A stretch of 64,000 bases of DNA. Source: the human T2T-CHM13v2.0 reference genome, Homo sapiens. The notes beneath the pieces are model-generated. The model was not told the origin of the DNA and made no database searches. It was given only the letters and a program-made list of their open reading frames with translations. Position numbers and translations under genes: made by a program. This document shows positions 12,579-26,700 of the stretch, piece by piece. Where the stretch lies: the NCBI RefSeq assembly GCF_009914755.1, contig NC_060943.1. One strand, 5' to 3'. Numbering within the stretch: position 1 is the first letter of the stretch; each line of letters opens with the position of its first letter.

Positions 12579-15070
12579 GAGTTGAACGATCCTTTACACA
12601 GAGCAGACTTGAAACACTCTTTTTGTGGAATTTGCAAGTGGAGATTTCAGCCGCTTTGAGGTCAATGGTAGAATAGGAAATATCTTCCTATAGAAACTAG
12701 TCAGAATGATTCTCAGAAACTCCTTTGTGATGTCTGCGTTCAACTCACAGAGTTTAACCTTTCTTTTCATAGAGCAGTTAGGAAACACTCTGTTTGTAAA
12801 GTCTGCAAGTGGATATTCAGACATCCTTGAGGCTTTCGTTGGAAACGGGATTTCTTCATATTCTGCTAGAAAGAAGAATTCTCAGTAACTTCCTTGTGTT
12901 GTGTGTATTCAACTCACAGAGTTGAACGATCCTTTACACAGAGCAGACTTGAAACACTCTTTTTGTGGAATTTGCAATTGGAGATTTCAGCCGCTTTGAG
13001 GTCAATGGTAGAATAGGAAATATCTTCCTATAGAAACTAGACAGAATGATTCTCAGAAACTCCTTTGTGATGTGTGCGTTCAACTCACAGAGTTTAACCT
13101 TTCTTTTCATAGAGCAGTTGGGAAACACTCTGTTTGTAAAGTCTGCAAGTGGATATTCAGACATCCTTGAGGCTTTCGTTGGAAACGGGATTTCTTCATA
13201 TTCTGCTAGAAAGAAGAATTCTCAGTAACTTCCTTGTGTTGTGTGTATTCAACTCACAGAGTTGAACGATCCTTTACACAGAGCAGATTTGAAACACTCT
13301 TTTTGTGGAATTTGCAAGTGGAGATTTCAGCCGCTTTGAGTTCAATGGTAGAATAGGAAATATCTTCCTATAGAAACTAGAGAGAATGATTCTCAGAAAC
13401 TCCTTTGTGATGTGTGCGTTCAACTCACAGAGTTCAACCTTTCTTTTCATAGAGCAGTTGGGAAACACTCTGTTTGTAAAGTCTGCAAGTGGATATTCAG
13501 ACTTCTTTGAGGCCTTCGTTGGAAGCGGGATTTCTTCATGTTCTGCTAGACAGAAGAATTCTTAGAAACTTCCTTGTCTTGTGTGTTTTCAACTCACAGA
13601 GTTGAACGATCCTTTACACAGAGCAGACTTGAAACACTCCTTTTGTGGAATTTGCAAGTGGAGATTTCAGCCGCTTTGAGGTCAATGGTAGAATAGGAAA
13701 TATCTTCCTATAGAAACTAGACAGAATGATTCTCAGAAACTCCTTTGTGATGTGTGCGTTCAACTCACAGAGTTTAACCTTTCTTTTCATAGAGCAGTTA
13801 GGAAACACTCTGTTTGTAAAGTCTGCAAGTGGATATTCAGACATCCTTGAGGCTTTCGTTGGAAACGGGATTTCTTCATATTCTGCTAGAAAGAAGAATT
13901 CTCAGTAACTTCCTTGTGTTGTGTGTATTCAAATCACAGAGTTGAACGATCCTTTACACAGAGCAGACTTGAAACACTCTTTTTGTGGAATTTGCAAGTG
14001 GAGATTTCAGCCGCTTTGAGGTCAATGGTAGAATAGGAAATATCTTCCTATAGAAACTAGACAGAATGATTCTCAGAAACTCCTTTGTGATGTGTGCGTT
14101 CAACTCACAGAGTTTAACCTTTCTTTTCATAGAGCAGTTAGGAAACACTCTGTTTGTAAAGTCTGCAAGTGGATATTCAGACATCCTTGAGGCTTTCGTT
14201 GGAAACGGGATTTCTTCATATTCTGCTAGAAAGAAGAATTCTCAGTAACTTCCTTGTGTTGTGTGTATTCAACTCACAGAGTTGAACGATCCTTTACACA
14301 GAGCAGACTTGAAACACTCTTTTTGTGGAATTTGCAAGTGGAGATTTCAGCCGCTTTGAGGTCAATGGTAGAATAGGAAATATCTTCCTATAGAAACTAG
14401 ACAGAATGATTCTCAGAAACTCCTTTGTGATGTGTGCGTTCAACTCACAGAGTTTAACCTTTCTTTTCATAGAGCAGTTGGGAAACACTCTGTTTGTAAA
14501 GTCTGCAAGTGGATATTCAGACATCCTTGAGGCTTTCGTTGGAAACGGGATTTCTTCATATTCTGCTAGAAAGAAGAATTCTCAGTAACTTCCTTGTGTT
14601 GTGTGTATTCAACTCACAGAGTTGAACGATCCTTTACACAGAGCAGACTTGAAACACTCTTTTTGTGGAATTTGCAAGTGGAGATTTCAGCCGCTTTGAG
14701 TTCAATGGTAGAATAGGAAATATCTTCCTATAGAAACTAGACAGAATGATTCTCAGAAACTCCTTTGTGATGTGTGCGTTCAACTCACAGAGTTCAACCT
14801 TTCTTTTCATAGAGCAGTTGGGAAACACTCTGTTTGTAAAGTCTGCAAGTGGATATTCAGACTTCTTTGAGGCCTTCGTTGGAAGCGGGATTTCTTCATG
14901 TTCTGCTAGACAGAAGAATTCTTAGAAACTTCCTTGTCTTGTGTGTTTTCAACTCACAGAGTTGAACGATCCTTTACACAGAGCAGACTTGAAACACTCC
15001 TTTTGTGGAATTTGCAAGTGGAGATTTCAGCCGCTTTGAGGTCAATGGTAGAATAGGAAATATCTTCCTA
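12240..15070 (+). repeat. 4-dimer (1360-bp) tandem duplication, more diverged
   Basis: The double variant CTTAGAAACTTCCTTGTCTT occurs at 13561 and 14921, and the order of preceding GACATCC-type dimers is the same. Confidence 0.7.
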
Positions 15071-18000
15071 TAGAAAGTAGACAGAATGATTCTCAGAAAC
15101 TCCTTTGTGATGTGTGCGTTCAACTCACAGAGTTTAACCTTTCTTTTCATAGAGCAGTTAGGAAACACTCTGTTTGTAAAGTCTGCAAGTGGATATTCAG
15201 ACCTCCTTGAGGCCTTCGTTGGAAACGGGATTTCTTCATATTCTGCTAGACAGAAGAATTCTCAGTAACTTCCTTGTGTTGTGTGTACTCAACTCACAGA
15301 GTTGAACGATCCTTTACACAGAGCAGACTTGAAACACTCTTTTTGTGGAATTTGCAAGTGGAGATTTCAGCCGCTTTGAGGTCAATGGTAGAATAGGAAA
15401 TATCTTCCTATAGAAACTAGACAGAATGATTCTCAGAAACTCCTTTGTGATGTGTGCGTTCAACTCACAGAGTTCAACCTTTCTTTTCATAGAGCAGTTA
15501 GGAAACACTCTGTTTGTAAAGTCTGCAAGTGGATATTCAGACATCCTTGAGGCTTTCGTTGGAAACGGGATTTCTTCATATTATGCTAGAAAGAAGAATT
15601 CTCAGTAACTTCCTTGTGTTGTGTGTATTCAACTCACAGAGTTGAACGATCCTTTACACAGAGCAGACTTGAAACACTCTTTTTGTGGAATTTGCAAGTG
15701 GAGATTTCAGCCGCTTTGAGGTCAATGGTAGAATAGGAAATATCTTCCTATAGAAACTAGACAGAATGATTCTCAGAAACTCCTTTGTGATGTGTGCGTT
15801 CAACTCACAGAGTTTAACCTTTCTTTTCATAGAGCAGTTGGGAAACACTCTTTTTGTAAAGTCTGCAAGTGGATATTCAGACATCCTTGAGGCTTTCCTT
15901 GGAAACGGGATTTCTTCATATTCTGCTAGAAAGAAGAATTCTCAGTAACTTCCTTGTGTTGTGTGTATTCAACTCACAGAGTTGAACGATCCTTTACACA
16001 GAGCAGACTTGAAACACTCTTTTTGTGGAATTTGCAATTGGAGATTTCAGCCGCTTTGAGGTCAATGGTAGAATAGGAAATATCTTCCTATAGAAACTAG
16101 ACAGAATGATTCTCAGAAACTCCTTTGTGATGTGTGCGTTCAACTCACAGAGTTTAACCTTTCTTTTCATAGAGCAGTTGGGAAACACTCTGTTTGTAAA
16201 GTCTGCAAGTGGATATTCAGACATCCTTGAGGCTTTCGTTGGAAACGGGATTTCTTCATATTCTGCTAGAAAGAAGAATTCTCAGTAACTTCCTTGTGTT
16301 GTGTGTATTCAACTCACAGAGTTGAACGATCCTTTACACAGAGCAGACTTGAAACACTCTTTTTGTGGAATTTGCAAGTGAAGATTTCAGCCGCTTTGAG
16401 GTCAATGGTAGAATAGGAAATATCTTCCTATAGAAAATAGACAGAATGATTCTCAGAAACTCCTTTGTGATGTGTGCGTTCAACTCACAGAGTTTAACCT
16501 TTCTTTTCATAGAGCAGTTAGGAAACACTCTGTTTGTAAAGTCTGCAAGTGGATATTCAGACCTCCTTGAGGCCTTCGTTGGAAACGGGATTTCTTCATA
16601 TTATGGTAGACAGAAGAATTCTCAGTAACTTCCTTGTGTTGTGTGTATTCAACTCACAGAGTTGAACGATCCTTTACACAGAGCAGACTTGAAACACTCT
16701 TTTTGTGGAATTTGCAAGTGGAGATTTCAGCCGCTTTGAGGTCAATGGTAGAATAGGAAATATCTTCCTATAGAAACTAGACAGAATGATTCTCAGAAAC
16801 TCCTTTGTGATGTGTGCGTTCAACTCACAGAGTTCAACCTTTCTTTTCATAGAGCAGTTTGGAAACACTCTGTTTGTAAAGTCTGCAAGTGGATATTCAG
16901 ACTTCTTTGAGGCCTTCGTTGGAAGCGGGATTTCTTCATGTTCAGCTAGACAGAAGAATTCTCAGTAACTGCCTTGTGTTGTGTGTATTCAACTCACAGA
17001 GTTGAACGATCCTTTACACAGAGCAGACTTGAAACACTCTTTTTGTGGAATTTGCAAGTGGAGATTTCAGCCGCTTTGAGGTCAATGGTAGAATAGGAAA
17101 TATCTTCCTATAGAAACTAGACAGAATGATTCTCAGAAACTCCTTTGTGATGTGTGCGTTCAACTCACAGAGTTTACCCTTTCTTTTCATAGAGCAGTTA
17201 GGAAACACTCTGTTTGTAAAGTCTGCAAGTGGATATTCAGACATCCTTGAGGCTTTCGTTGGAAACGGGATTTCTTCATATTCTGCCAGAAAGAAGAATT
17301 CTCAGTAACTTCCTTGTGTTGTGTGTATTCAACTCACAGAGTTGAACGATCCTTTACACAGAGCAGACTTGAAACACTCTTTTTGTGGAATTTGCAAGTG
17401 GAGATTTCAGCCGCTTTGAGGTCAATGGTAGAATAGGAAATATCTTCCTATAGAAACTAGACAGAATGATTCTCAGAAACTCCTTTGTGATGTGTGCGTT
17501 CAACTCACAGAGTTCAACCTTTCTTTTCATAGAGCAGTTGGGAAACACTCTGTTTGTAAAGTCTGCAAGTGGATATTCAGACTTCTTTGAGGCCTTCGTT
17601 GGAAGCGGGATTTCTTCATGTTCTGCTAGACAGAAGAATTCTCAGTAACTGCCTTGTGTTGTGTGTATTCAACTCACAGAGTTGAACGATCCTTTACACA
17701 GAGCAGACTTGAAACACTCCTTTTGTGGAATTTGCAAGTGGAGATTTCAGCCGCTTTGAGGTCAATGGTAGAATAGGAAATATCTTCCTATAGAAACTAG
17801 ACAGAATGATTCTCAGAAACTCCTTTGTGATGTGTGCGTTCAACTCACAGAGTTTAACCTTTCTTTTCATAGAGCAGTTAGGAAACACTCTGTTTGTAAA
17901 GTCTGCAAGTGGATATTCAGACATCCTTGAGGCTTTCGTTGGAAACGGGATTTCTTCATATTCTGCTAGAAAGAAGAATTCTCAGTAACTTCCTTGTGTT

Positions 18001-21000
18001 GTGTGTATTCAACTCACAGAGTTGAACGATCCTTTACACAGAGCAGACTTGAAACACTCTTTTTGTGGAATTTGCAAGTGGAGATTTCAGCCGCTTTGTG
18101 GTCAATGGTAGAATAGGAAATATCTTCCTATAGAAACTAGACAGAATGATTCTCAGAAACTCCTTTGTGATGTGTGCGTTCAACTCACAGAGTTTAACCT
18201 TTCTTTTCATAGAGCAGTTGGGAAACACTCTGTTTGTAAAGTCTGCAAGTGGATATTCAGACATCCTTGAGGCTTTCGTTGGAAACGGGATTTCTTCATA
18301 TTCTGCTACAAAGAAGAATTCTCAGTAACTTCCTTGTGTTGTGTGTATTCAACTCACAGAGTTGCACGATCCTTTACACAGAGCAGACTTGAAACCCTCT
18401 TTTTGTGGAATTTGCAAGTGGAGATTTCAGCCGCTTTGAGTTCAATGGTAGAATAGGAAATATCTTCCTATAGAAACTAGACAGAATGATTCTCAGAAAC
18501 TCCTTTGTGATGTGTGCGTTCAACTCACAGAGTTCAACCTTTCCTTTCATAGAGCAGTTGGGAAACACTCTGTTTGTAAAGTCTGCAAGTGGATATTCAG
18601 ACTTCTTTGAGGCCTTCGTTGGAAGCGGGATTTCTTCATGTTCTGCTAGACAGAAGAATTCTCAGAAACTTCCTTGTGTTGTGTGTTTTCAACTCACAGA
18701 GTTGAACGATCCTTTACACAGAGCAGACTTGAAACACTCCTTTTGTGGAATTTGCAAGTGGAGATTTCAGCCGCTTTGAGGTCAATGGTAGAATAGGAAA
18801 TATCTTCCTATAGAAACTAGACAGAATGATTCTGAGAAATCCTTTGTGATGTGTGCGTTCAACTCACAGAGTTTAACCTTTCTTTTCATAGAGCAGTTAG
18901 GAAACACTCTGTTTTTAAAGTCTTCAAGTGGATATTCAGACCTCCTTGAGGCCTTCGTTGGAAACGGGATTTCTTCATATTATGCTAGACAGAGGAATTC
19001 TCAGGAACTTCCTTGTGTTGTGTGTATTCAACTCACAGAGTTGAACGATCCTTTACACAGAGCAGACTTGAAACACTCTTTTTGTGGAATTTGCAAGTGG
19101 AGATTTCAGCCGCTTTGAGTTCAATGGTAGAATAGGAAATATCTTCCTATAGAAAGTACACAGAATGATTCTCAGAAACTGCTTTGTGATGTGTGCGTTC
19201 AACTCACAGAGTTCAACCTTTCTTTTCATAGAGCAGTTGGGAAACACTCTGTTTGTAAAGTCTGCAAGTGGATATTCAGACTTCTTTGAGGCCTTCGTTG
19301 GAAGCGGGATTTATTCATGTTCTGCTAGACAGAAGAATTCTCAGAAACTTCCTTGTGTTGTGTGTTTTCAACTCACAGAGTTGAACGATCCTTTACACAG
19401 AGCAGACTTGAAACACTCCTTTTGTGGAATTTGCAAGTGGAGATTTCAGCCGCTTTGAGGTCAATGGTAGAATAGGAAATATCTTCCTATAGAAAGTAGA
19501 CAGAATGATTCTCAGAAACTCCTTTGTGATGTGTGCGTTCAACTCACAGAGTTTAACCTTTCTTTTCATAGAGCAGTTAGGAAACACTCTGTTTGTAAAG
19601 TCTGCAAGTGGATATTCAGACCTCCTTGAGGCCTTCGTTGGAAACAGGATTTCTTCATATTCTGCTAGACAGAAGAATTCTCAGTAACTTCCTTGTGTTG
19701 TGTGTATTCAACTCACAGAGTTGAACGATCCTTTACACAGAGCAGACTTCAAACACTGTTTTTGTGGAATTTGCAAGTGGAGATTTCAGCCGCTTTGAGT
19801 TCAATGGTAGAATAGGAAATATCTTCCTATAGAAACTAGACAGAATGATTCTCAGAAACTCCTTTGTGATGTGTGCGTTCAACTCACAGAGTTCAACCTT
19901 TCTTTTCATAGAGCAGTTGGGAAACACTCTGTTTGTAAAGTCTGCAAGTGGATATTCAGACTTCTTTGAGGCCTTCGTTGGAAGCGGGATTTCTTCATAT
20001 TCTGCTAGACAGAAGAATTCTCAGTAACTGCCTTGTGTTGTGTGTATTCAACTCACAGAGTTGAACGATCCTTTACACAGAGCAGACTTGAAACACTCTT
20101 TTTGTGGAATTTGCAAGTGGAGATTTCAGCCGCTTTGAGGTCAATGGTAGAATAGGAAATATCTTCCTATAGAAACTAGACAGAATGATTCTCAGAAACT
20201 CCTTTGTGATGTGTGCGTTCAACTCACAGAGTTCAACCTTTCTTTTCATAGAGCAGTTGGGAAACACTCTGTTTGTAAAGTCTGCAAGTGGATATTCAGA
20301 CTTCTTTGAAGCCTTCGTTGGAAGCGGGATTTCTTCATATTCTGCTAGACAGAAGAATTCTCAGTAACTGCCTTGTGTTGTGTGTATTCAACTCACAGAG
20401 TTGAACGATCCTTTACACAGAGCAGACTTGAAACACTCTTTTTGTGGAATTTGCAAGTGGAGATTTCAGCCGCTTTGAGGTCAATGGTAGAATAGGAAAT
20501 ATCTTCCTATAGAAACTAGACAGAATGATTCTCAGAAACTCCTTTGTGATGTGTGCGTTCAACTCACAGAGTTTAACCTTTCTTTTCATAGAGCAGTTAG
20601 GAAACACTCTGTTTGTAAAGTCTGCAAGTGGATATTCAGACATCCTTGAGGCTTTCGTTGGAAACGGGATTTCTTCATATTCTGCTAGAAAGAAGAATTC
20701 TCAGTAACTTCCTTGTGTTGTGTGTATTCAACTCACAGAGTTGAACGATCCTTTACACAGAGCAGACTTGAAACACTCTTTTTGTGGAATTTGCAAGTGG
20801 AGATTTCAGCCGCTTTGAGGTCAATGGTAGAATAGGAAATATCTTCCTATAGAAACTAGACAGAATGATTCTCAGAAACTTCTTTGTGATGTGTGCGTTC
20901 AACTCACACAGTTTAACCTTTCTTTTCATAGAGCAGTTAGGAAACACTCTGTTTGTAAAGTCTGCAAGTGGATATTCAGACCTCCTTGAGGCCTTCGTTG

Positions 21001-23796
21001 GAAACGGGATTTCTTCATATTATGCTAGACAGAAGAATTCTCAGTAACTTCCTTGTGTTGTGTGTATTCAACTCACAGAGTTGAACGATCCTTTACACAG
21101 AGCAGACTTGAAACACTCTTTTTGTGGAATTTGCAAGTGGATATTTCAGCCGCTTTGAGTTCAATGGTAGAATAGGAAATATCTTCCTATAGAAACTAGA
21201 CAGAATGATTCTCAGAAACTCCTTTGTGATGTGTGCGTTCAACTCACAGAGTTCAACCTTTCTTTTCATAGAGCAGTTGGGAAACACTCTGTTTGTAAAG
21301 TCTGCAAGTGGATATTCAGACTTCTTTGAGGCCTTCGTTGGAAGCGGGATTTCTTCATGTTCTGCTAGACAGAAGAATTCTCAGAAACTTCCTTGTGTTG
21401 TGTGTTTTCAACTCACAGAGTTGAACGATCCTTTACACAGAGCAGACTTGAAACACTCCTTTTGTGGAATTTGCAAGTGGAGATTTCAGCCGCTTTGAGG
21501 TCAATGGTAGAATAGGAAATATCTTCCTATAGAAAGTAGACAGAATGATTCTCAGAAACTCCTTTGTTATGTGTGCGGTCAACTCACAGAGTTTAACCTT
21601 TCTTTTCATAGAGCAGTTAGGAAACACTCTGTTTGTAAAGTCTGCAAGTGGATATTCAGACCTCCTTGAGGCCTTCGTTGGAAGCGGGATTTCTTCATGT
21701 TCAGCTAGACAGAAGAATTCTCAGAAACTTCCTTGTGTTGTGTGTTTTCAACTCACAGAGTTGAACGATCCTTTACACAGAGCAGACTTGAAACACTCCT
21801 TTTGTGGAATTTGCAAGTGGAGATTTCAGCCGCTTTGAGGTCAATGGTAGAATAGGAAATATCTTCCTATAGAAACTAGACAGAATGATTCTGAGAAATC
21901 CTTTGTGATGTGTGCGTTCAACTCACAGAGTTTAACCTTTCTTTTCATAGAGCAGTTAGTAAACACTCTGTTTTTAAAGTCTTCAAGTGGATATTCAGAC
22001 CTCTTTGAGGCCTTCGTTGGAAACGGGATTTCTTCATATTATGCTAGACAGAGGAATTCTCAGGAACTTCCTTGTGTTGTGTGTATTCAACTCACAGAGT
22101 TGAACGATCCTTTACACAGAGCAGACTTGAAACACTCTTTTTGTGGAATTTGCAAGTGGAGATTTCAGCCGCTTTGAGTTCAAAGGTAGAATAGGAAATA
22201 TCTTCCTATAGAAAGTACACAGAATGATTCTCAGAAACTCCTTTGTGATGTGTGCGTTCAACTCACAGAGTTCAACCTTTCTTTTCATAGAGCAGTTGGG
22301 AAACACTCTGTTTGTAAAGTCTGCAAGTGGATATTCAGACTTCTTTGAGGCCTTCGTTGGAAGCGGGATTTCTTCATATTCTGCTAGACAGAAGAATTCT
22401 CAGTAACTTCCTTGTGTTGTGTGTATTCAACTCACAGAGTTGAACGATCCTTTACACAGAGCAGACTTGAAACACTCTTTTTGTGGAATTTGCAAGTGGA
22501 GATTTCAGCCGCTTTGAGGTCAATGGTAGAATAGGAAATATCTTCCTATAGAAACTAGACAGAATGATTCTCAGAAACTCCTTTGTGATGTGTGCGTTCA
22601 ACTCACAGAGTTTAACCTTTCTTTTCATAGAGCAGTTGGGAAACACTCTTTTTGTAAAGTCTGCAATTGGATATTCAGACATCCTTGAGGCTTTCGTTGG
22701 AAACGGGATTTCTTCATATTCTGCTAGAAAGAAGAATTCTCAGTAACTTCCTTGTGTTGTGTGTATTCAACTCACAGAGTTGAACGATCCTTTACACAGA
22801 GCAGACTTGAAACACTCTTTTTGTGGAATTTGCAATTGGAGATTTCAGCCGCTTTGAGGTCAATGGTAGAATAGGAAATATCTTCCTATAGAAACTAGAC
22901 AGAATGATTCTCAGAAACTCCTTTGTGATGTGTGCGTTCAACTCACAGAGTTTAACCTTTCTTTTCATAGAGCAGTTGGGAAACACTCTGTTTGTAAAGT
23001 CTGCAAGTGGATATTCAGACATCCTTGAGGCTTTCGTTGGAAACGGGATTTCTTCATATTCTGCTAGAAAGAAGAATTCTCAGTAACTTCCTTGTGTTGT
23101 GTGTATTCAACTCACAGAGTTGAACGATCCTTTACACAGAGCAGACTTGAAACACTCTTTTTGTGGAATTTGCAAGTGGAGATTTCAGCCGCTTTGAGGT
23201 CAATGGTAGAATAGGAAATATCTTCCTATAGAAAATAGACAGAATGATTCTCAGAAACTCCTTTGTGATGTGTGCGTTCAACTCACAGAGTTTAACCTTT
23301 CTTTTCATAGAGCAGTTAGGAAACACTCTGTTTGTAAAGTCTGCAAGTGGATATTCAGACCTCCTTGAGGCCTTCGTTGGAAACGGGATTTCTTCATATT
23401 ATGGTAGACAGAAGAATTCTCAGTAACTTCCTTGTGTTGTGTGTATTCAACTCACAGAGTTGAACGATCCTTTACACAGAGCAGACTTGAAACACTCTTT
23501 TTGTGGAATTTGCAAGTGGAGATTTCAGCCGCTTTGAGGTCAATGGTAGAATAGGAAATATCTTCCTATAGAAAATAGACAGAATGATTCTCAGAAACTC
23601 CTTTGTGATGTGTGCGTTCAACTCACAGAGTTTAACCTTTCTTTTCATAGAGCAGTTAGGAAACACTCTGTTTGTAAAGTCTGCAAGTGGATATTCAGAC
23701 CTCCTTGAGGCCTTCGTTGGAAACGGGATTTCTTCAAATTATGGTAGACAGAAGAATTCTCAGTAACTTCCTTGTGTTGTGTGTATTCAACTCACA

Positions 23797-26700
23797 GAGT
23801 TGAACGATCCTTTACACAGAGCAGACTTGAAACACTCTTTTTGTGGAATTTGCAAGTGGAGATTTCAGCCGCTTTGAGGTCAATGGTAGAATAGGAAATA
23901 TCTTCCTATAGAAACTAGACAGAATGATTCTCAGAAACTCCTTTGTGATGTGTGCGTTCAACTCACAGAGTTCAACCTTTCTTTTCATAGAGCAGTTTGG
24001 AAACACTCTGTTTGTAAAGTCTGCAAGTGGATATTCAGACTTCTTTGAGGCCTTCGTTGGAAGCGGGATTTCTTCATATTCTGCTAGACAGAAGAATTCT
24101 CAGTAACTGCCTTGTGTTGTGTGTATTCAACTCACAGAGTTGAACGATCCTTTACACAGAGCAGACTTGAAACACTCTTTTTGTGGAATTTGCAAGTGGA
24201 GATTTCAGCCGCTTTGAGGTCAATGGTAGAATAGGAAATATCTTCCTATAGAAACTAGACAGAATGATTCTCAGAAACTCCTTTGTGATGTGTGCGTTCA
24301 ACTCACAGAGTTTACCCTTTCTTTTCATAGAGCAGTTAGGAAACACTCTGTTTGTAAAGTCTGCAAGTGGATATTCAGACATCCTTGAGGCTTTCGTTGG
24401 AAACGGGATTTCTTCATATTCTGCCAGAAAGAAGAATTCTCAGTAACTTCCTTGTGTTGTGTGTATTCAACTCACAGAGTTGAACGATCCTTTACACAGA
24501 GCAGACTTGAAACACTCTTTTTGTGGAATTTGCAAGTGGAGATTTCAGCCGCTTTGAGGTCAATGGTAGAATAGGAAATATCTTCCTATAGAAACTAGAC
24601 AGAATGATTCTCAGAAACTCCTTTGTGATGTGTGCGTTCAACTCACAGAGTTCAACCTTTCTTTTCATAGAGCAGTTGGGAAACACTCTGTTTGTAAAGT
24701 CTGCAAGTGGATATTCAGACTTCTTTGAGGCCTTCGTTGGAAGCGGGATTTCTTCATGTTCTGCTAGACAGAAGAATTCTCAGTAACTGCCTTGTGTTGT
24801 GTGTATTCAACTCACAGAGTTGAACGATCCTTTACACAGAGCAGACTTGAAACACTCCTTTTGTGGAATTTGCAAGTGGAGATTTCAGCCGCTTTGAGGT
24901 CAATGGTAGAATAGGAAATATCTTCCTATAGAAACTAGACAGAATGATTCTCAGAAACTCCTTTGTGATGTGTGCGTTCAACTCACAGAGTTTAACCTTT
25001 CTTTTCATAGAGCAGTTAGGAAACACTCTGTTTGTAAAGTCTGCAAGTGGATATTCAGACATCCTTGAGGCTTTCGTTGGAAACGGGACTTCTTCATATT
25101 CTGCTAGAAAGAAGAATTCTCAGTAACTTCCTTGTGTTGTGTGTATTCAACTCACAGAGTTGAACGATCCTTTACACAGAGCAGACTTGAAACACTCTTT
25201 TTGTGGAATTTGCAAGTGGAGATTTCAGCCGCTTTGAGGTCAATGGTAGAATAGGAAATATCTTCCTATAGAAACTAGACAGAATGATTCTCAGAAACTC
25301 CTTTGTGATGTGTGCGTTCAACTCACAGAGTTTAACCTTTCTTTTCATAGAGCAGTTGGGAAACACTCTGTTTGTAAAGTCTGCAAGTGGATATTCAGAC
25401 ATCCTTGAGGCTTTCGTTGGAAACGGGATTTCTTCATATTCTGCTAGAAAGAAGAATTCTCAGTAACTTCCTTGTGTTGTGTGAATTCAACTCACAGAGT
25501 TGAACGATCCTTTACACAGAGCAGACTTGAAACACTCTTTTTGTGGAATTTGCAAGTGGAGATTTCAGCCGCTTTGAGTTCAATGGTAGAATAGGAAATA
25601 TCTTCCTATAGAAACTAGACAGAATGATTCTCAGAAACTCCTTTGTGATGTGTGCGTTCAACTCACAGAGTTCAACCTTTCTTTTCATAGAGCAGTTGGG
25701 AAACACTCTGTTTGTAAAGTCTGCAAGTGGATATTCAGACTTCTTTGAGGCCTTCGTTGGAAGCGGGATTTCTTCATGTTCTGCTAGACAGAAGAATTCT
25801 TAGAAACTTCCTTGTGTTGTGTGTTTTCAACTCACAGAGTTGAACGATCCTTTACACAGAGCAGACTTGAAACACTCCTTTTGTGGAATTTGCAAGTGGA
25901 GATTTCAGCCGCTTTGAGGTCAATGGTAGAATAGGAAATATCTTCCTATAGAAAGTAGACAGAATGATTCTCAGAAACTCCTTTGTGATGTGTGCGTTCA
26001 ACTCACAGAGTTTAACCTTTCTTTTCATAGAGCAGTTAGGAAACACTCTGTTTGTAAAGTCTGCAAGTGGATATTCAGACCTCCTTGAGGCCTTCGTTGG
26101 AAACGGGATTTCTTCATATTCTGCTAGACAGAAGAATTCTCAGTAACTTCCTTGTGTTGTGTGTATTCAACTCACAGAGTTGAACGATCCTTTACACAGA
26201 GCAGACTTGAAACACTCTTTTTGTGGAATTTGCAAGTGGAGATTTCAGCCGCTTTGAGGTCAATGGTAGAATAAGAAATATCTTCCTATAGAAACTAGAC
26301 AGAATGATTCTCAGAAACTCCTTTGTGATGTGTGCGTTCAACTCACAGAGTTCAACCTTTCTTTTCATAGAGCAGTTAGGAAACACTCTGTTTGTAAAGT
26401 CTGCAAGTGGATATGCAGACATCCTTGAGGCTTTCGTTGGAAACGGGATTTCTTCATATTATGCTAGAAAGAAGAATTCTCAGTAACTTCCTTGTGTTGT
26501 GTGTATTCAACTCACAGAGTTGAACGATCCTTTACACAGAGCAGACTTGAAACACTCTTTTTGTGGAATTTGCAAGTGGAGATTTCAGCCGCTTTGAGGT
26601 CAATGGTAGAATAGGAAATATCTTCCTATAGAAACTAGACAGAATGATTCTCAGAAACTCCTTTGTGATGTGTGCGTTCAACTCACAGAGTTTAACCTTT

